Source of the DNA: an uncultured Actinomycetes bacterium
GTDB taxonomy: Bacteria > Actinomycetota > UBA4738 > HRBIN12
Direction: 5' to 3'
DNA: 64,000 nucleotides
Assembly: GCA_963697875.1 (NCBI GenBank)
Contig: OY969099.1
Span: 2,458,736 to 2,522,735, forward strand
Part shown: positions 45,099-54,241 of the stretch, in pieces
Position numbering within the stretch: position 1 is the first letter of the stretch
Layout of the letters: every line of letters begins with the position of its first letter
Notes under the pieces: model-generated
What the model was told of the DNA's origin: nothing
What the model saw: only the letters and a program-made list of their open reading frames with translations
The model's database searches: none
Translations under genes and position numbers: made by a program

Positions 45099-46283
45099 GT
45101 GAGGCCGGTCGTCCCCCGCGTCTGCGTGCTCGTCTGTGACTCCTGGGGGGTGGGCGACGCACCCGACGCGGACGACTACGCAGACGCGGGATCGAACACG
45201 CTCGCGAACACGGCGCGCGCGGTCGGCGGGCTCCGTGCCCCGAACCTGGAGGCGATGGGGCTCGGGCGCCTGACGGCGATCGAGGGCGTTCCTCCGCGCG
45301 CCGAGCCGGGTACCGCGGCCGGTCGAGCCACTGAGCGTTCGGTCGGCAAGGACACCACCACCGGGCACTGGGAGATGATGGGCATCCGCCCCGACCGCCC
45401 GTTCCCTCTGTACCCGCGGGGGTTCCCGCCGGAGATCGTCGAGCCGTTCGAGGCCGCGATCGGACGCCGGATCCTCGGGAACCGGCCGGCGTCGGGGACC
45501 GCGATCATCCAGGAGCTGGGCGCGGAGCACCTGCGGACCGGGAGCCCGATCGTCTACACGAGCGGCGATTCCGTGTTCCAGATCGCGACGCACGTGGACG
45601 TGGTCCCCTTGCCCCAGCTGTACGAATGGTGTCGCGTGGCTCGCCGGCTGCTGACCGGGGAGCACGCAGTGGGGCGGGTGATCGCCCGTCCGTTCGAGGG
45701 CGGATCGGGTGGGTTCGTACGCCGTCCGGAGCGTCGCGACTTCAGCGTCCCGCCGTCCGGCGAGACCGTCCTCGATCGGCTTCAGGCCGCCGGGGTCCCG
45801 GTCTACGGCGTCGGGAAGATCCAGGACATCTTCTCGAGGCAGGGCATCACCGAGGGTCGGTACTCGGATTCCAACGACCACGGCATCGACCTGACGATCG
45901 ACTACCTCCGCCGGCCTGCGCCCTCCTTCGTGTTCTCGAACCTCGTCGACTTCGACTCGAAGTACGGGCACCGCAACGACCCCACGGGCTACGCGGCGGC
46001 GATCGAAGCGCTGGATCGCCGCCTGCCCGAGGTGATGGCCGTCCTGGACGGGGGCGTCTTGCTGCTCACGGGCGATCATGGCTGCGACCCGACCACGCCG
46101 CCGACGGATCACTCCCGGGAACGAACGCCGCTCCTCGCTGCGGGGCTCCACGGCGGGCCCTACGACATCGGGACCAGGTCGACGTTCGCCGACCTCGGGA
46201 CGACGGTCGCCGCGTTGCTCGGGGCGACGTCGGACGGCCTCACCGGATCGAGTTTCGCGGCGGCGATCGGGTTCGGAGCATGA
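45099..46283 (+). CDS. deoB: phosphopentomutase
   Basis: VLVCDSWGVGDAPDA...GSNTLAN...GKDTTTGHWEMMG; GTG start. Confidence 0.88.
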   Translation: MRPVVPRVCVLVCDSWGVGDAPDADDYADAGSNTLANTARAVGGLRAPNLEAMGLGRLTAIEGVPPRAEPGTAAGRATERSVGKDTTTGHWEMMGIRPDRPFPLYPRGFPPEIVEPFEAAIGRRILGNRPASGTAIIQELGAEHLRTGSPIVYTSGDSVFQIATHVDVVPLPQLYEWCRVARRLLTGEHAVGRVIARPFEGGSGGFVRRPERRDFSVPPSGETVLDRLQAAGVPVYGVGKIQDIFSRQGITEGRYSDSNDHGIDLTIDYLRRPAPSFVFSNLVDFDSKYGHRNDPTGYAAAIEALDRRLPEVMAVLDGGVLLLTGDHGCDPTTPPTDHSRERTPLLAAGLHGGPYDIGTRSTFADLGTTVAALLGATSDGLTGSSFAAAIGFGA

Positions 46284-46395
46284 CGTCGGGCTCGGGTCGA
46301 GGTCGAGGGTGGAGTTGCGTTAGCTTCTCCCGTGACCATGGACGTCGAGTCGAGGATCGCCCATCCTGCCACGTCAGCGACGGCGCATCGTTCCC

Positions 46396-47724
46396 ATGAG
46401 CGCATGGGATCCCCGGGCGGTCGTCGCGGCAAAGCGGGACGGCAAGACGCTTCCTCCGGAGGAGGTCGAGCGTTTCGTGCTCGCCCACGCTCGCGGTGAG
46501 ATCGGGGACCCACTCGCCGCGGCCTTCCTGATGGCGTCGTTGCTGAACGGGCTCGACGCCACCGAGACGCTCGCGATGACTCGCGCGATGATCGCCTCCG
46601 GGGAAACGGTGGCCTTTCCGGGACTGCGGTGCGCCTCGGTGGACAAGCACTCGACGGGCGGCGTGGCCGACGGGGTCACGCTCGTCTTCGCGCCGCTGGC
46701 GGCCTCGCTCGGTCTGGCGGTGGCCAAGCTCTCCGGTCGCGGGCTCGGTCACACAGGCGGGACGCTGGACAAGCTCGAGTCGATCCCCGGACTCCGCACC
46801 GACCTCACACCAGCGGAGATCGAACGGCAGGTCGAGCGGGTGGGCTGTGCCGTGGCGGCCCAGTCACCGACCCTGGTGCCGGCCGACGGCGCCCTGTACG
46901 CGCTCCGCGACGCCACCTCGACCGTCCCGTCGGTGCCCCTGATCGCGGCAAGCGTGATGTCGAAGAAGCTCGCCGTCGAGACGGATCTGATCCTGCTGGA
47001 CGTGAAGGTCGGATCGGGCGCCTTCATGAAGACCGTCGAGGATGCCGATGGCCTCGCCGCGGCATGCCTGGTGTTGGCCCGGGGGGCCGGCCGGAGATGC
47101 GGCGTCGCGGTGACGGACATGAGCCAGCCGCTCGGGGACGCGGTCGGCAACGCCCTCGACGTTGCGGAGGCGATCCGCGTTCTCCGCGGCGAGGACCGCG
47201 GACGGCTCCGCGACCTGGCGGTGTGGTTCGCGGCCCGCGCCCTCGAGTCGCTCGAGGGTATGGCGTTCGCGGACGCGCTGGATCGAGCCGCCCGAACGCT
47301 CGACGCGGGGGACGCGCTGGACCGGTTCAGCCGCATGGTCGAGGCGCAGGGCGGCGACCCCCGCGTCGTCGAGGACCCGCACGGTGTCCTGCCGCACGCG
47401 CGGGTCGTGGTCCCGCTCACGGCCGACCGGGGCGGCGTGCTCGCCGCGGTGGACGCCGAGGAGATCGGTCTGGCCAGCGGGGCACTGGGCGCCGGAAGGA
47501 TGCAGAAGGGTGATGCCGTCGACCCCGCGGTCGGTATCGTGATCCGTTCCAAGATCGGCGACGTGCTGGAGCGGGGGCAGCCGATCGGCGAGGTGCATGC
47601 GCGGGACGAGGGCGCGGCGGCGGAGGCCGCCCGTCGGGTGCTCGAAGCGCTCACGCTCGCCGACGCGGCCGTCGAGGCACCGCCGTTGATCCACGCGTGG
47701 CTGGGGGAAGGGGTCCGGTCGTGA
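46396..47724 (+). CDS. deoA: thymidine / pyrimidine-nucleoside phosphorylase
   Basis: glycosyl-transferase family 3 motifs (DKHSTGGVADG...TGGTLDKLESIPG). Confidence 0.9.
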   Translation: MSAWDPRAVVAAKRDGKTLPPEEVERFVLAHARGEIGDPLAAAFLMASLLNGLDATETLAMTRAMIASGETVAFPGLRCASVDKHSTGGVADGVTLVFAPLAASLGLAVAKLSGRGLGHTGGTLDKLESIPGLRTDLTPAEIERQVERVGCAVAAQSPTLVPADGALYALRDATSTVPSVPLIAASVMSKKLAVETDLILLDVKVGSGAFMKTVEDADGLAAACLVLARGAGRRCGVAVTDMSQPLGDAVGNALDVAEAIRVLRGEDRGRLRDLAVWFAARALESLEGMAFADALDRAARTLDAGDALDRFSRMVEAQGGDPRVVEDPHGVLPHARVVVPLTADRGGVLAAVDAEEIGLASGALGAGRMQKGDAVDPAVGIVIRSKIGDVLERGQPIGEVHARDEGAAAEAARRVLEALTLADAAVEAPPLIHAWLGEGVRS

Positions 47725-48380
47725 GCGCATTGAGCCTGAGGATCGCGGCGTACATCGCGGTCGGGCTGCTCGTCGGCATGATCGCGCGGGAGTACGCCCG
47801 CGCCTTCGCGGCGGCGAGGCTCGGTGACCCCACGCCCCGCTTGTGGGGACGCCTGACCTTCAATCCGAAGGCCTGGTTCGACCCGTTTGGGAGTGGGCTC
47901 CTGCCCGCGCTGATCCTGATCCTCTGGGCGGCCGCCGGGTCGTTCCTGCCCGCACCGATGGCATACGCGAAACCGGCACCGATCGACCCCTCGTACCTGC
48001 GGCGCCACCCGCGCGACGTGGTGCTCGTCTCGCTGGCGGGACCGGCCGCCAACGTGGTGCTGGCGGCGATCGCCGGCATCGCCCTGCGCGCGACGGGCCT
48101 CTCGATCGAGATCCAACGGTTCCTGAACTTCTTCGAGTACACGAACCTGTCGCTGGCGATCTTCCACCTGATCCCGATCCCCGGGCTCGACGGCGCCCGC
48201 CTGGTGGCCCTCGCGCTTCCGCCCCATGCCCGGGCCACGTATCGCAACCTCGATCAGTACCTGGCGCTGTTCGTGCTGGTCGCCGTGTTCCTGCTGGCCG
48301 GGCCGATCCAGGGGATCATGAACTCGCTCACGAACGCGCTGTGCGGCGTCTTCTCCGGCTTCCACTGTGCGCCCGTGTAG
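47721..48380 (+). CDS. site-2 protease (peptidase M50) family membrane protein with degenerate HExxH (likely non-catalytic)
   Basis: multi-TM protein; the expected HExxH is replaced by IAREYARAF; LTFNPKAWFDPFGS replaces the usual NP..H.DP.G; the distal LDG motif (IPIPGLDGARL) is kept. Confidence 0.6.
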   Translation: MSALSLRIAAYIAVGLLVGMIAREYARAFAAARLGDPTPRLWGRLTFNPKAWFDPFGSGLLPALILILWAAAGSFLPAPMAYAKPAPIDPSYLRRHPRDVVLVSLAGPAANVVLAAIAGIALRATGLSIEIQRFLNFFEYTNLSLAIFHLIPIPGLDGARLVALALPPHARATYRNLDQYLALFVLVAVFLLAGPIQGIMNSLTNALCGVFSGFHCAPV

Positions 48381-48509
48381 CCCCGGCATCCCAGAGGGAA
48401 GAAGACCCGGCGGTATCATCGCCGGCATCGTGAGCCCGCTCATATCGACCGTCCTCTTCCGCTGCCTTCCGGCCGCGGTCCTGCCGCCCGAAGCGCCCCA
48501 CCGGGGACG

Positions 48510-49268
48510 ATGAAGGGCGCGGGCGCCGTCGCGCCGGGTGACGGAGCAGTGTTCTCGGTCACCCTGCCGATGTTCGCCGGACCGTTCCGGCTGCTGGCGG
48601 ATCTGATCATGGAGCAGAAGGTCGACGTCTGCGACGTGCCCATCGCCGGCGTGACCGACGCGTTCTTGGAGCACGCGACGGATCCGGAGCGGTGGGACCT
48701 CGAGGAAGCCACCTGGTTCCTGGCGATCTGTGCGGTCCTGCTCGAGCTGAAGGTCGCCCGGCTCACCCCCAGACATGCCGAGCTCGACGAAGAGGACCTG
48801 GTCGGCGGGTCGCCCGACCTGCGCTACGCACGTTCGATCGAGCTCCGCGCGTTCCGCAGCGTGGCCCTCGAGCTCGCGCGCCGGCTCGAGGACGAGGCGG
48901 GGTTCTTCACCAGGGACGTCGGGCCGGGACCGGAGTTCTCTCACCTGTATCCGGACCCGATGCAGCGCGTCGCCGCTCCGCAGATCGCGGTCCTTGCCGC
49001 GCAGCTGCTGCGCCCGCCCCCGACCCTGGACCTGTCCCACGTCACGCCGATCCGGTACACGGTCTCGGACGCGATGAGCGCGGTCGAGGAGCGGTTCGCC
49101 TCGTTCACCGGGCGCCAGGCGTCGTTCCGCGACCTGGTGGCCGACTGCGAGGACCGGATCCACGTCGTCGTGCGATTCCTGGCGATCCTCGAGCTGTACC
49201 GTGAAGGAAAGGTCGAGCTTCAGCAGGCGGCGACGTTCGGCGAGATCGAGGTGGAGTGGAGAGGATGA
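48510..49268 (+). CDS. scpA: segregation and condensation protein A
   Basis: ScpA N-terminus ([29 protein letters not shown]) and C-terminal ILELYREGKV. Confidence 0.85.
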   Translation: MKGAGAVAPGDGAVFSVTLPMFAGPFRLLADLIMEQKVDVCDVPIAGVTDAFLEHATDPERWDLEEATWFLAICAVLLELKVARLTPRHAELDEEDLVGGSPDLRYARSIELRAFRSVALELARRLEDEAGFFTRDVGPGPEFSHLYPDPMQRVAAPQIAVLAAQLLRPPPTLDLSHVTPIRYTVSDAMSAVEERFASFTGRQASFRDLVADCEDRIHVVVRFLAILELYREGKVELQQAATFGEIEVEWRG

Positions 49269-49275
49269 GGGCGAC

Positions 49276-49869
49276 GTGAGCGAGACCGTCCGGCACGACA
49301 CGCGGGCGCTCGAGGCGCTGTTCTTCGTTTCCGACGAGCCACTCGCGTCCTCGGTGCTCGCCCAGGCGCTGGAGATGGATCGGCGGACCGCCGAAGCGCT
49401 CTGCGACCGGCTGCAACGCGAGCTCGAGGAACGTGGCAGCGGTCTCGTGTTGCGGAACGTGGCGGGGGGATGGCGGCTGTTCACCCATCCCGACACGGCC
49501 GCCGTCGTCGAGCGGTTCGTCCTGTCCTCGCGCCAGGCGCGCATGACGAAGGCGGCCCTGGAGACGCTCTCGATCGTCGCCTACAAGCAGCCCGTCACCC
49601 GCCACCAGGTCGGCGCGATCAGGGGGGTCAACTCCGACGGCGTTCTGCGTGCGCTGGTCGATCGCGGCCTGGTGGAGGAGGCAGGCCGCGAGGAGGGGCC
49701 GGGCCGACCGGTGCTGTACGGCACCACCCCCCAGTTCCTCGAGCGGCTGGGCCTCGCCTCGCTCGCAGCCCTTCCCTCGCTGGCGCCGTTGCTCGGCGCC
49801 GACGCCGGCGAGGACGAGGGGCCTATCCGCGATGCAGCAGGGGAGCCCCCCGCGCACCACGGGGAGTGA
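49276..49869 (+). CDS. scpB: segregation and condensation protein B
   Basis: two winged-helix repeats (LEALFFVSDEPL...; LETLSIVAYKQPVTRHQV). Confidence 0.85.
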   Translation: MSETVRHDTRALEALFFVSDEPLASSVLAQALEMDRRTAEALCDRLQRELEERGSGLVLRNVAGGWRLFTHPDTAAVVERFVLSSRQARMTKAALETLSIVAYKQPVTRHQVGAIRGVNSDGVLRALVDRGLVEEAGREEGPGRPVLYGTTPQFLERLGLASLAALPSLAPLLGADAGEDEGPIRDAAGEPPAHHGE

Positions 49870-50645
49870 CCACCGTGGCCGTGGAGCGCCTGCAGCGGGC
49901 GCTGGCGCGCGCGGGCTACGGCTCGCGGCGATCCTGCGAGCAGTTGATCGTTGAGGGTCGGGTCACGCTGGATGGCAGGGTCGCGACCCTGGGAGACAAG
50001 GTCGAGGTCGGCAGACATCAGGTCGAGGTCGATGGTGCGCCCGTGAACCTCGACCCCAACGTCCGCTACTACGCGCTCCACAAGCCGGCCGGCATCGTCA
50101 CCACCATGCGCGATCCCCAGGGGCGTGCGGACATCCGGTCGCTGTTGCCGCGCGACGGGCCGCGTGTGTTCCCCGTGGGCCGTCTCGACCGCGACACGGA
50201 GGGACTGCTGGTCCTGACCAACGACGGGGAACTAGCGAACCGGCTGATGCATCCGGCGTTCGGGGTCGAGAAGGAGTACCTGGCCGAGGTCGAAGGTGTG
50301 CCCAGCCCAGGGCAGGTGACGAGGCTGCGCCGCGGCGTCGAGCTCGACGACGGCCCGGCGAGGGCAGAGACGGCGAGGATCGTCGACACACGCGCGAACC
50401 GCGGCCAGATCCGGATGGTGATGACGGAAGGTCGCAAGCGCGAGGTGCGACGGATGCTGGCGGCGATCGGGCTCCCCGTGACGCGGCTCGTCCGGCTCCG
50501 CGTCGGACCCGTCCGCCTCGGCCGGATGAAACCGGGCGCCGTGCGCGAGCTGACGCCCGAGGAAGTGCTGGGTCTGTCCCGGGCCGCGGGGGCACCGCAG
50601 CGACGTCGTGCGCGCACCCGGCGAGGCGCCAAGCGCGGTGTGTAG
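49866..50645 (+). CDS. rluB: 23S rRNA pseudouridine synthase, RluB/RsuA family
   Basis: S4 domain (RLQRALARAGYGSRRSCEQLIVEGRV) plus catalytic GRLDRDTEGLLVLTNDG; GTGA overlap with scpB. Confidence 0.88.
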   Translation: MTTVAVERLQRALARAGYGSRRSCEQLIVEGRVTLDGRVATLGDKVEVGRHQVEVDGAPVNLDPNVRYYALHKPAGIVTTMRDPQGRADIRSLLPRDGPRVFPVGRLDRDTEGLLVLTNDGELANRLMHPAFGVEKEYLAEVEGVPSPGQVTRLRRGVELDDGPARAETARIVDTRANRGQIRMVMTEGRKREVRRMLAAIGLPVTRLVRLRVGPVRLGRMKPGAVRELTPEEVLGLSRAAGAPQRRRARTRRGAKRGV

Positions 50646-50714
50646 CCTGACCTTCCCCCGGGTGAGGCGTTGGCCCGAACGCCGCCCGGAGATCGAGCGA
50701 CGGAAGGGAACGAC

Positions 50715-51086
50715 GAGATGAGGGTTCGCGCCGCTCGCGGTGCGATCGTGGTGTCCGACACCACGGCCGAGGCGCTGCTCGAGGCCACACAACGGCTGCT
50801 CGGCGCCTTGATCTCCGGCAACGGCGTGTCCACCGAGGACCTCGTGAGCATCCTGTTCACCGCCACCCCCGACCTTCGCGCCGCGTTCCCGGCAGAGGCG
50901 GCACGGCGGATGGGCCTGGGCACCGTCCCGCTGCTCTGCGCGTCGGAGATCCCCGTCGAGGGGTCGATGCCGTCGGTCGTCCGCGTCCTGATGCACTTCC
51001 ACAGCGGACGCGCTCTCGACGAGGTCGTGCACGTGTACCTCGACGGCGCGGAGGGGCTGCGCGATGACGTCGACCCCGTCTCCTGA
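50715..51086 (+). CDS. aroH: chorismate mutase, AroH class
   Basis: matches Bacillus subtilis AroH throughout (RGAIVVSDTT...ILFTATPDLRAAFPAEAARRMG...HVYLDGAEGLRDD). Confidence 0.8.
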   Translation, partial: EMRVRAARGAIVVSDTTAEALLEATQRLLGALISGNGVSTEDLVSILFTATPDLRAAFPAEAARRMGLGTVPLLCASEIPVEGSMPSVVRVLMHFHSGRALDEVVHVYLDGAEGLRDDVDPVS

Positions 51087-52188
51087 GTCTTCCCCCGGTG
51101 CGCCGCGCAGCGTCGCGGTGATCGGCACGGGTCTGATGGGCACCTCGATCGCGCTCGCCTCCGCTCGTGCGGGCATCGCGGTCACCGGGTGGGATGTCGA
51201 CGCGTCGGCGGGGCGACGAGCCTCGACGGGCGGCGCGATGACCGTTGTCGGGGACCTCTCGCGCGCGGTGCGAGACGCAGAGCTGGTCCTGGTGTGCACG
51301 CCGATCGGCGCCATCGCCGAGACCGTCGCGCTGGTCCTGGAAGCCGCGCCCGAGGCGGTGGTCTCCGACACCGGCTCGATCAAGGGCCGCGTGGCGCGGG
51401 AGGTCGCATCCTCGGCGCCGTCGTCGTCGCTGGGGAGGTTCGTGGCCGGACATCCCATGGGCGGGAGCGAACGTTCGGGTCCGGAGCATGCCTCCGCATC
51501 GGTGGTGGACGGGATCGTGTGGGTGGTTGCACCCACCGGCGAGACCGATCCCGCCTCGATCGTCCGGCTTGAGCGGTTCGTCGAGGCGATCGGGGCGCGG
51601 CCGGTGCGGCTCACGCCCGAGCGCCATGACCGGCTCGTCGCCGTCGTCAGCCATCTTCCCCAGGTGGCGTCGACGTCCCTGATGGGTCTGGCGGCGATGG
51701 AGGAGGCGGACGAACCCGACATCCTCCTGTTGGCCGCCGGCGGATTCCGCGACCTCACGCGGCTCGCATCGTCCAATCCCGGGCTGTGGAGCGAGATCCT
51801 GGTGGCCAACCAGGGTGAGGTCGCGCACGCGATCGACCTGTTCGTCGAGCGACTGGTCGTGCTCCGCGATCAGATCGCCGAAGCGCGGACGTCCGCCGTC
51901 GAGGCCACCTTCGACGACGCGAAGCGGGCCCGTCTCCGGCTGGGGGCCAAGCCCCAGGTGCGTGCGGGCGTGTCGGTGCTGCAGGTGCTGGTGCCCGACC
52001 GCCCCGGGGCGCTGGCGCTGCTGACCTCCGCGCTCGCCGACGGCGAGGTCAACATCGAGGACCTGCAGATCGTGCACTCGCCCGAGGGAGGGCGTGGCAT
52101 CGTCCACCTCACGGTGGCCACCGGATCCGCCGACAGCGCGGCACGGGTCCTCGAGCGACGCGGGCTCGATCCGATCCGGCTGGCCTAG
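51064..52188 (+). CDS. tyrA: prephenate dehydrogenase with C-terminal ACT domain
   Basis: Rossmann motif VAVIGTGLMGTSIA, PDH catalytic region, ACT domain at the C-terminus. Confidence 0.85.
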   Translation: MTSTPSPESSPGAPRSVAVIGTGLMGTSIALASARAGIAVTGWDVDASAGRRASTGGAMTVVGDLSRAVRDAELVLVCTPIGAIAETVALVLEAAPEAVVSDTGSIKGRVAREVASSAPSSSLGRFVAGHPMGGSERSGPEHASASVVDGIVWVVAPTGETDPASIVRLERFVEAIGARPVRLTPERHDRLVAVVSHLPQVASTSLMGLAAMEEADEPDILLLAAGGFRDLTRLASSNPGLWSEILVANQGEVAHAIDLFVERLVVLRDQIAEARTSAVEATFDDAKRARLRLGAKPQVRAGVSVLQVLVPDRPGALALLTSALADGEVNIEDLQIVHSPEGGRGIVHLTVATGSADSAARVLERRGLDPIRLA

Positions 52189-52202
52189 GCTGGAGCCGAA
52201 CG

Positions 52203-53573
52203 ATGCGCGTGCGCGTGATGCCCGGATCAGCGGTCACCGGCGCGGCCACCGTCCCCGGCGACAAGTCGATCGCGCACCGATGGCTCATCCTCGCGGCCAC
52301 GGCGTCGGGCCCGAGCCACGTGAGGGGCCTGCCCCCGGCGCTGGACGTCGGCTCGACCGCGTCGTGTCTCGCACGGCTCACCGTGAAGGCTCGACCTGGA
52401 CTCGACGTATGGTCTCGAAACGCTGCCCGGCGCGTGGAGACTGGTGGTTCCACGTGGAACCCGCGGACCTTCGACGATCCGGAAGCCTCACTCGAGGTCG
52501 AGGGTGACGGGGCCCAGCTGGTGACGCCGCGAGACCCGCTCGACTGCGAGAACTCCGGCACGACGATGCGGCTGCTGGCGGGCGTGCTCGCCGGGTCGCC
52601 GTTTCGCAGCGTGCTCCGCGGCGACGAAAGCCTGTCCGCTCGTCCGATGGAGCGTATCGCGGTCCCGCTTCGCCTCATGGGCGCGGACGTCGCGACCACG
52701 GACGGGCATCCTCCGCTCTTCGTCACCGGCGGCGCCCTTCGTGGGATCGACTACGAGGTCCCGGTGCCCTCGGCCCAGGTCAAGGGCGCGGTCCTGCTCG
52801 CGGCGGTCGCCGCCGAGGGCCCGACCGTGGTTCGCGAACCCGCCGCCACGCGCGATCACACCGAGCGGGCCCTGCGCGCGCTCGGGGCGGCGGTTCGCGT
52901 GTCCGACCGGCGGGTCGAGCTCACCGGACCCTTCCGTAACGGGGGGTTCGAGGCCCGAGTCCCCGGTGACCCGTCGTCCGCCGCTTTCCTGGTGGGCGCC
53001 GCGGCGCTCACCGGGTCGGAGCTGCTGGTCCACGACGTCGGGCTGAATCCGAGCCGCGTGCGGTTCCTCGCGGTCCTCGAGCGGATGGGGGTTCGCGTCC
53101 GCACGACCGTGCTCCGGGAGGAGCTCGGAGAGCCGGTGGGGGACATCGAGGTCGAAGCGGCCCAGACGATCGGACCGGTGCGCGTCGAAGCCGACGAGCT
53201 GCCCCTGATCGTGGACGAGGTCCCGGTCCTGGCGCTCGTGGCCGCGCACGCGCGCGGGGAGTCGCGGTTCCTCGGCGCGGGCGAGCTCCGCGTGAAGGAG
53301 AGCGACCGGCTGCGAACCCTCGTGGAGGGGATCCGGGGCCTCGGCGGTGTCGCCGACGACGAGGGAGACGACCTCGTCATCGGCGGCGGCGGGATCGCCG
53401 GTGGAAGCGCACGGGCTCAGCTCGATCACCGGATCGCGATGGCCCTGGTGATCGGATCACTCGCCGCCGGCGGACCGTGCGAGATCGACGGGGTCGAGGC
53501 GGCGGCGGTCAGCTATCCGGGGTTCCCGGCGGCGCTTCGCACCCTTGGCGCGAACGTCGAGGTGGTCGCGTGA
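52203..53573 (+). CDS. aroA: 3-phosphoshikimate 1-carboxyvinyltransferase (EPSP synthase)
   Basis: PGDKSIAHR...NSGTTMRLLAGVLA...ELRVKESDRL. Confidence 0.92.
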   Translation: MRVRVMPGSAVTGAATVPGDKSIAHRWLILAATASGPSHVRGLPPALDVGSTASCLARLTVKARPGLDVWSRNAARRVETGGSTWNPRTFDDPEASLEVEGDGAQLVTPRDPLDCENSGTTMRLLAGVLAGSPFRSVLRGDESLSARPMERIAVPLRLMGADVATTDGHPPLFVTGGALRGIDYEVPVPSAQVKGAVLLAAVAAEGPTVVREPAATRDHTERALRALGAAVRVSDRRVELTGPFRNGGFEARVPGDPSSAAFLVGAAALTGSELLVHDVGLNPSRVRFLAVLERMGVRVRTTVLREELGEPVGDIEVEAAQTIGPVRVEADELPLIVDEVPVLALVAAHARGESRFLGAGELRVKESDRLRTLVEGIRGLGGVADDEGDDLVIGGGGIAGGSARAQLDHRIAMALVIGSLAAGGPCEIDGVEAAAVSYPGFPAALRTLGANVEVVA

Positions 53574-54241
53574 GCCCGCCCAGCGTCGTGGCTATCGATG
53601 GCGCCGCGGGAAGCGGGAAGTCGACGCTCGCACGCCGCGTCGCTCGGGCTCTGGACCTCCCCTACGTCAACACGGGGTTGATGTACCGGGCGCTCGCCGC
53701 CGCCGCGATCCGGGCTGGCGTGTCGCCCGACGACCCGAGCGGTTTGCTCGAGCTGCTCCGCGGCCTGAGGTTCACGCTGGCGGGAGACGGTCCCGCCGAG
53801 CTGGAGGTCGAGGGTTACGGTTCCGACGAGCTCACGAGCCCGGAGGTGGAGTCGACGGTCTCGGCTGTTTCGAGGCACACGGCCGTTCGTGAGCGGATGC
53901 GGGCGATCCAGCGCGCCATGGGAACCGAGCGGGGCGCGGTGATGGAGGGGCGGGACATCGGCTCCGTCGTGTTCTCTGACGCGCCGGTCAAGCTGTACCT
54001 GGCTGCGGACCCCTCGGCGCGCGCGATCCGACGGGTCGAAGAGCGGGGGAGCTCCGGCGACGCGGCCGAGGCGCTGCACGCGCGCGATCGACGCGACGCG
54101 AAGACGAATCCGCATCTCCCCGCGCCGGGTGCCGAGGTCATCGACACCACCGATCTCGACATCGAGGCAACGGTTCGTGAGGCACTGCGTATCGTGCGGT
54201 CGCGCGCACCCGAGCTGGTCCCCGAAGGGGGAGGGCCGTGA
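53570..54241 (+). CDS. cmk: cytidylate kinase
   Basis: VVAIDGAAGSGKSTLARRVARALDLPYVNTGLMYRA; GTGA overlap with aroA. Confidence 0.9.
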   Translation: MSPPSVVAIDGAAGSGKSTLARRVARALDLPYVNTGLMYRALAAAAIRAGVSPDDPSGLLELLRGLRFTLAGDGPAELEVEGYGSDELTSPEVESTVSAVSRHTAVRERMRAIQRAMGTERGAVMEGRDIGSVVFSDAPVKLYLAADPSARAIRRVEERGSSGDAAEALHARDRRDAKTNPHLPAPGAEVIDTTDLDIEATVREALRIVRSRAPELVPEGGGP

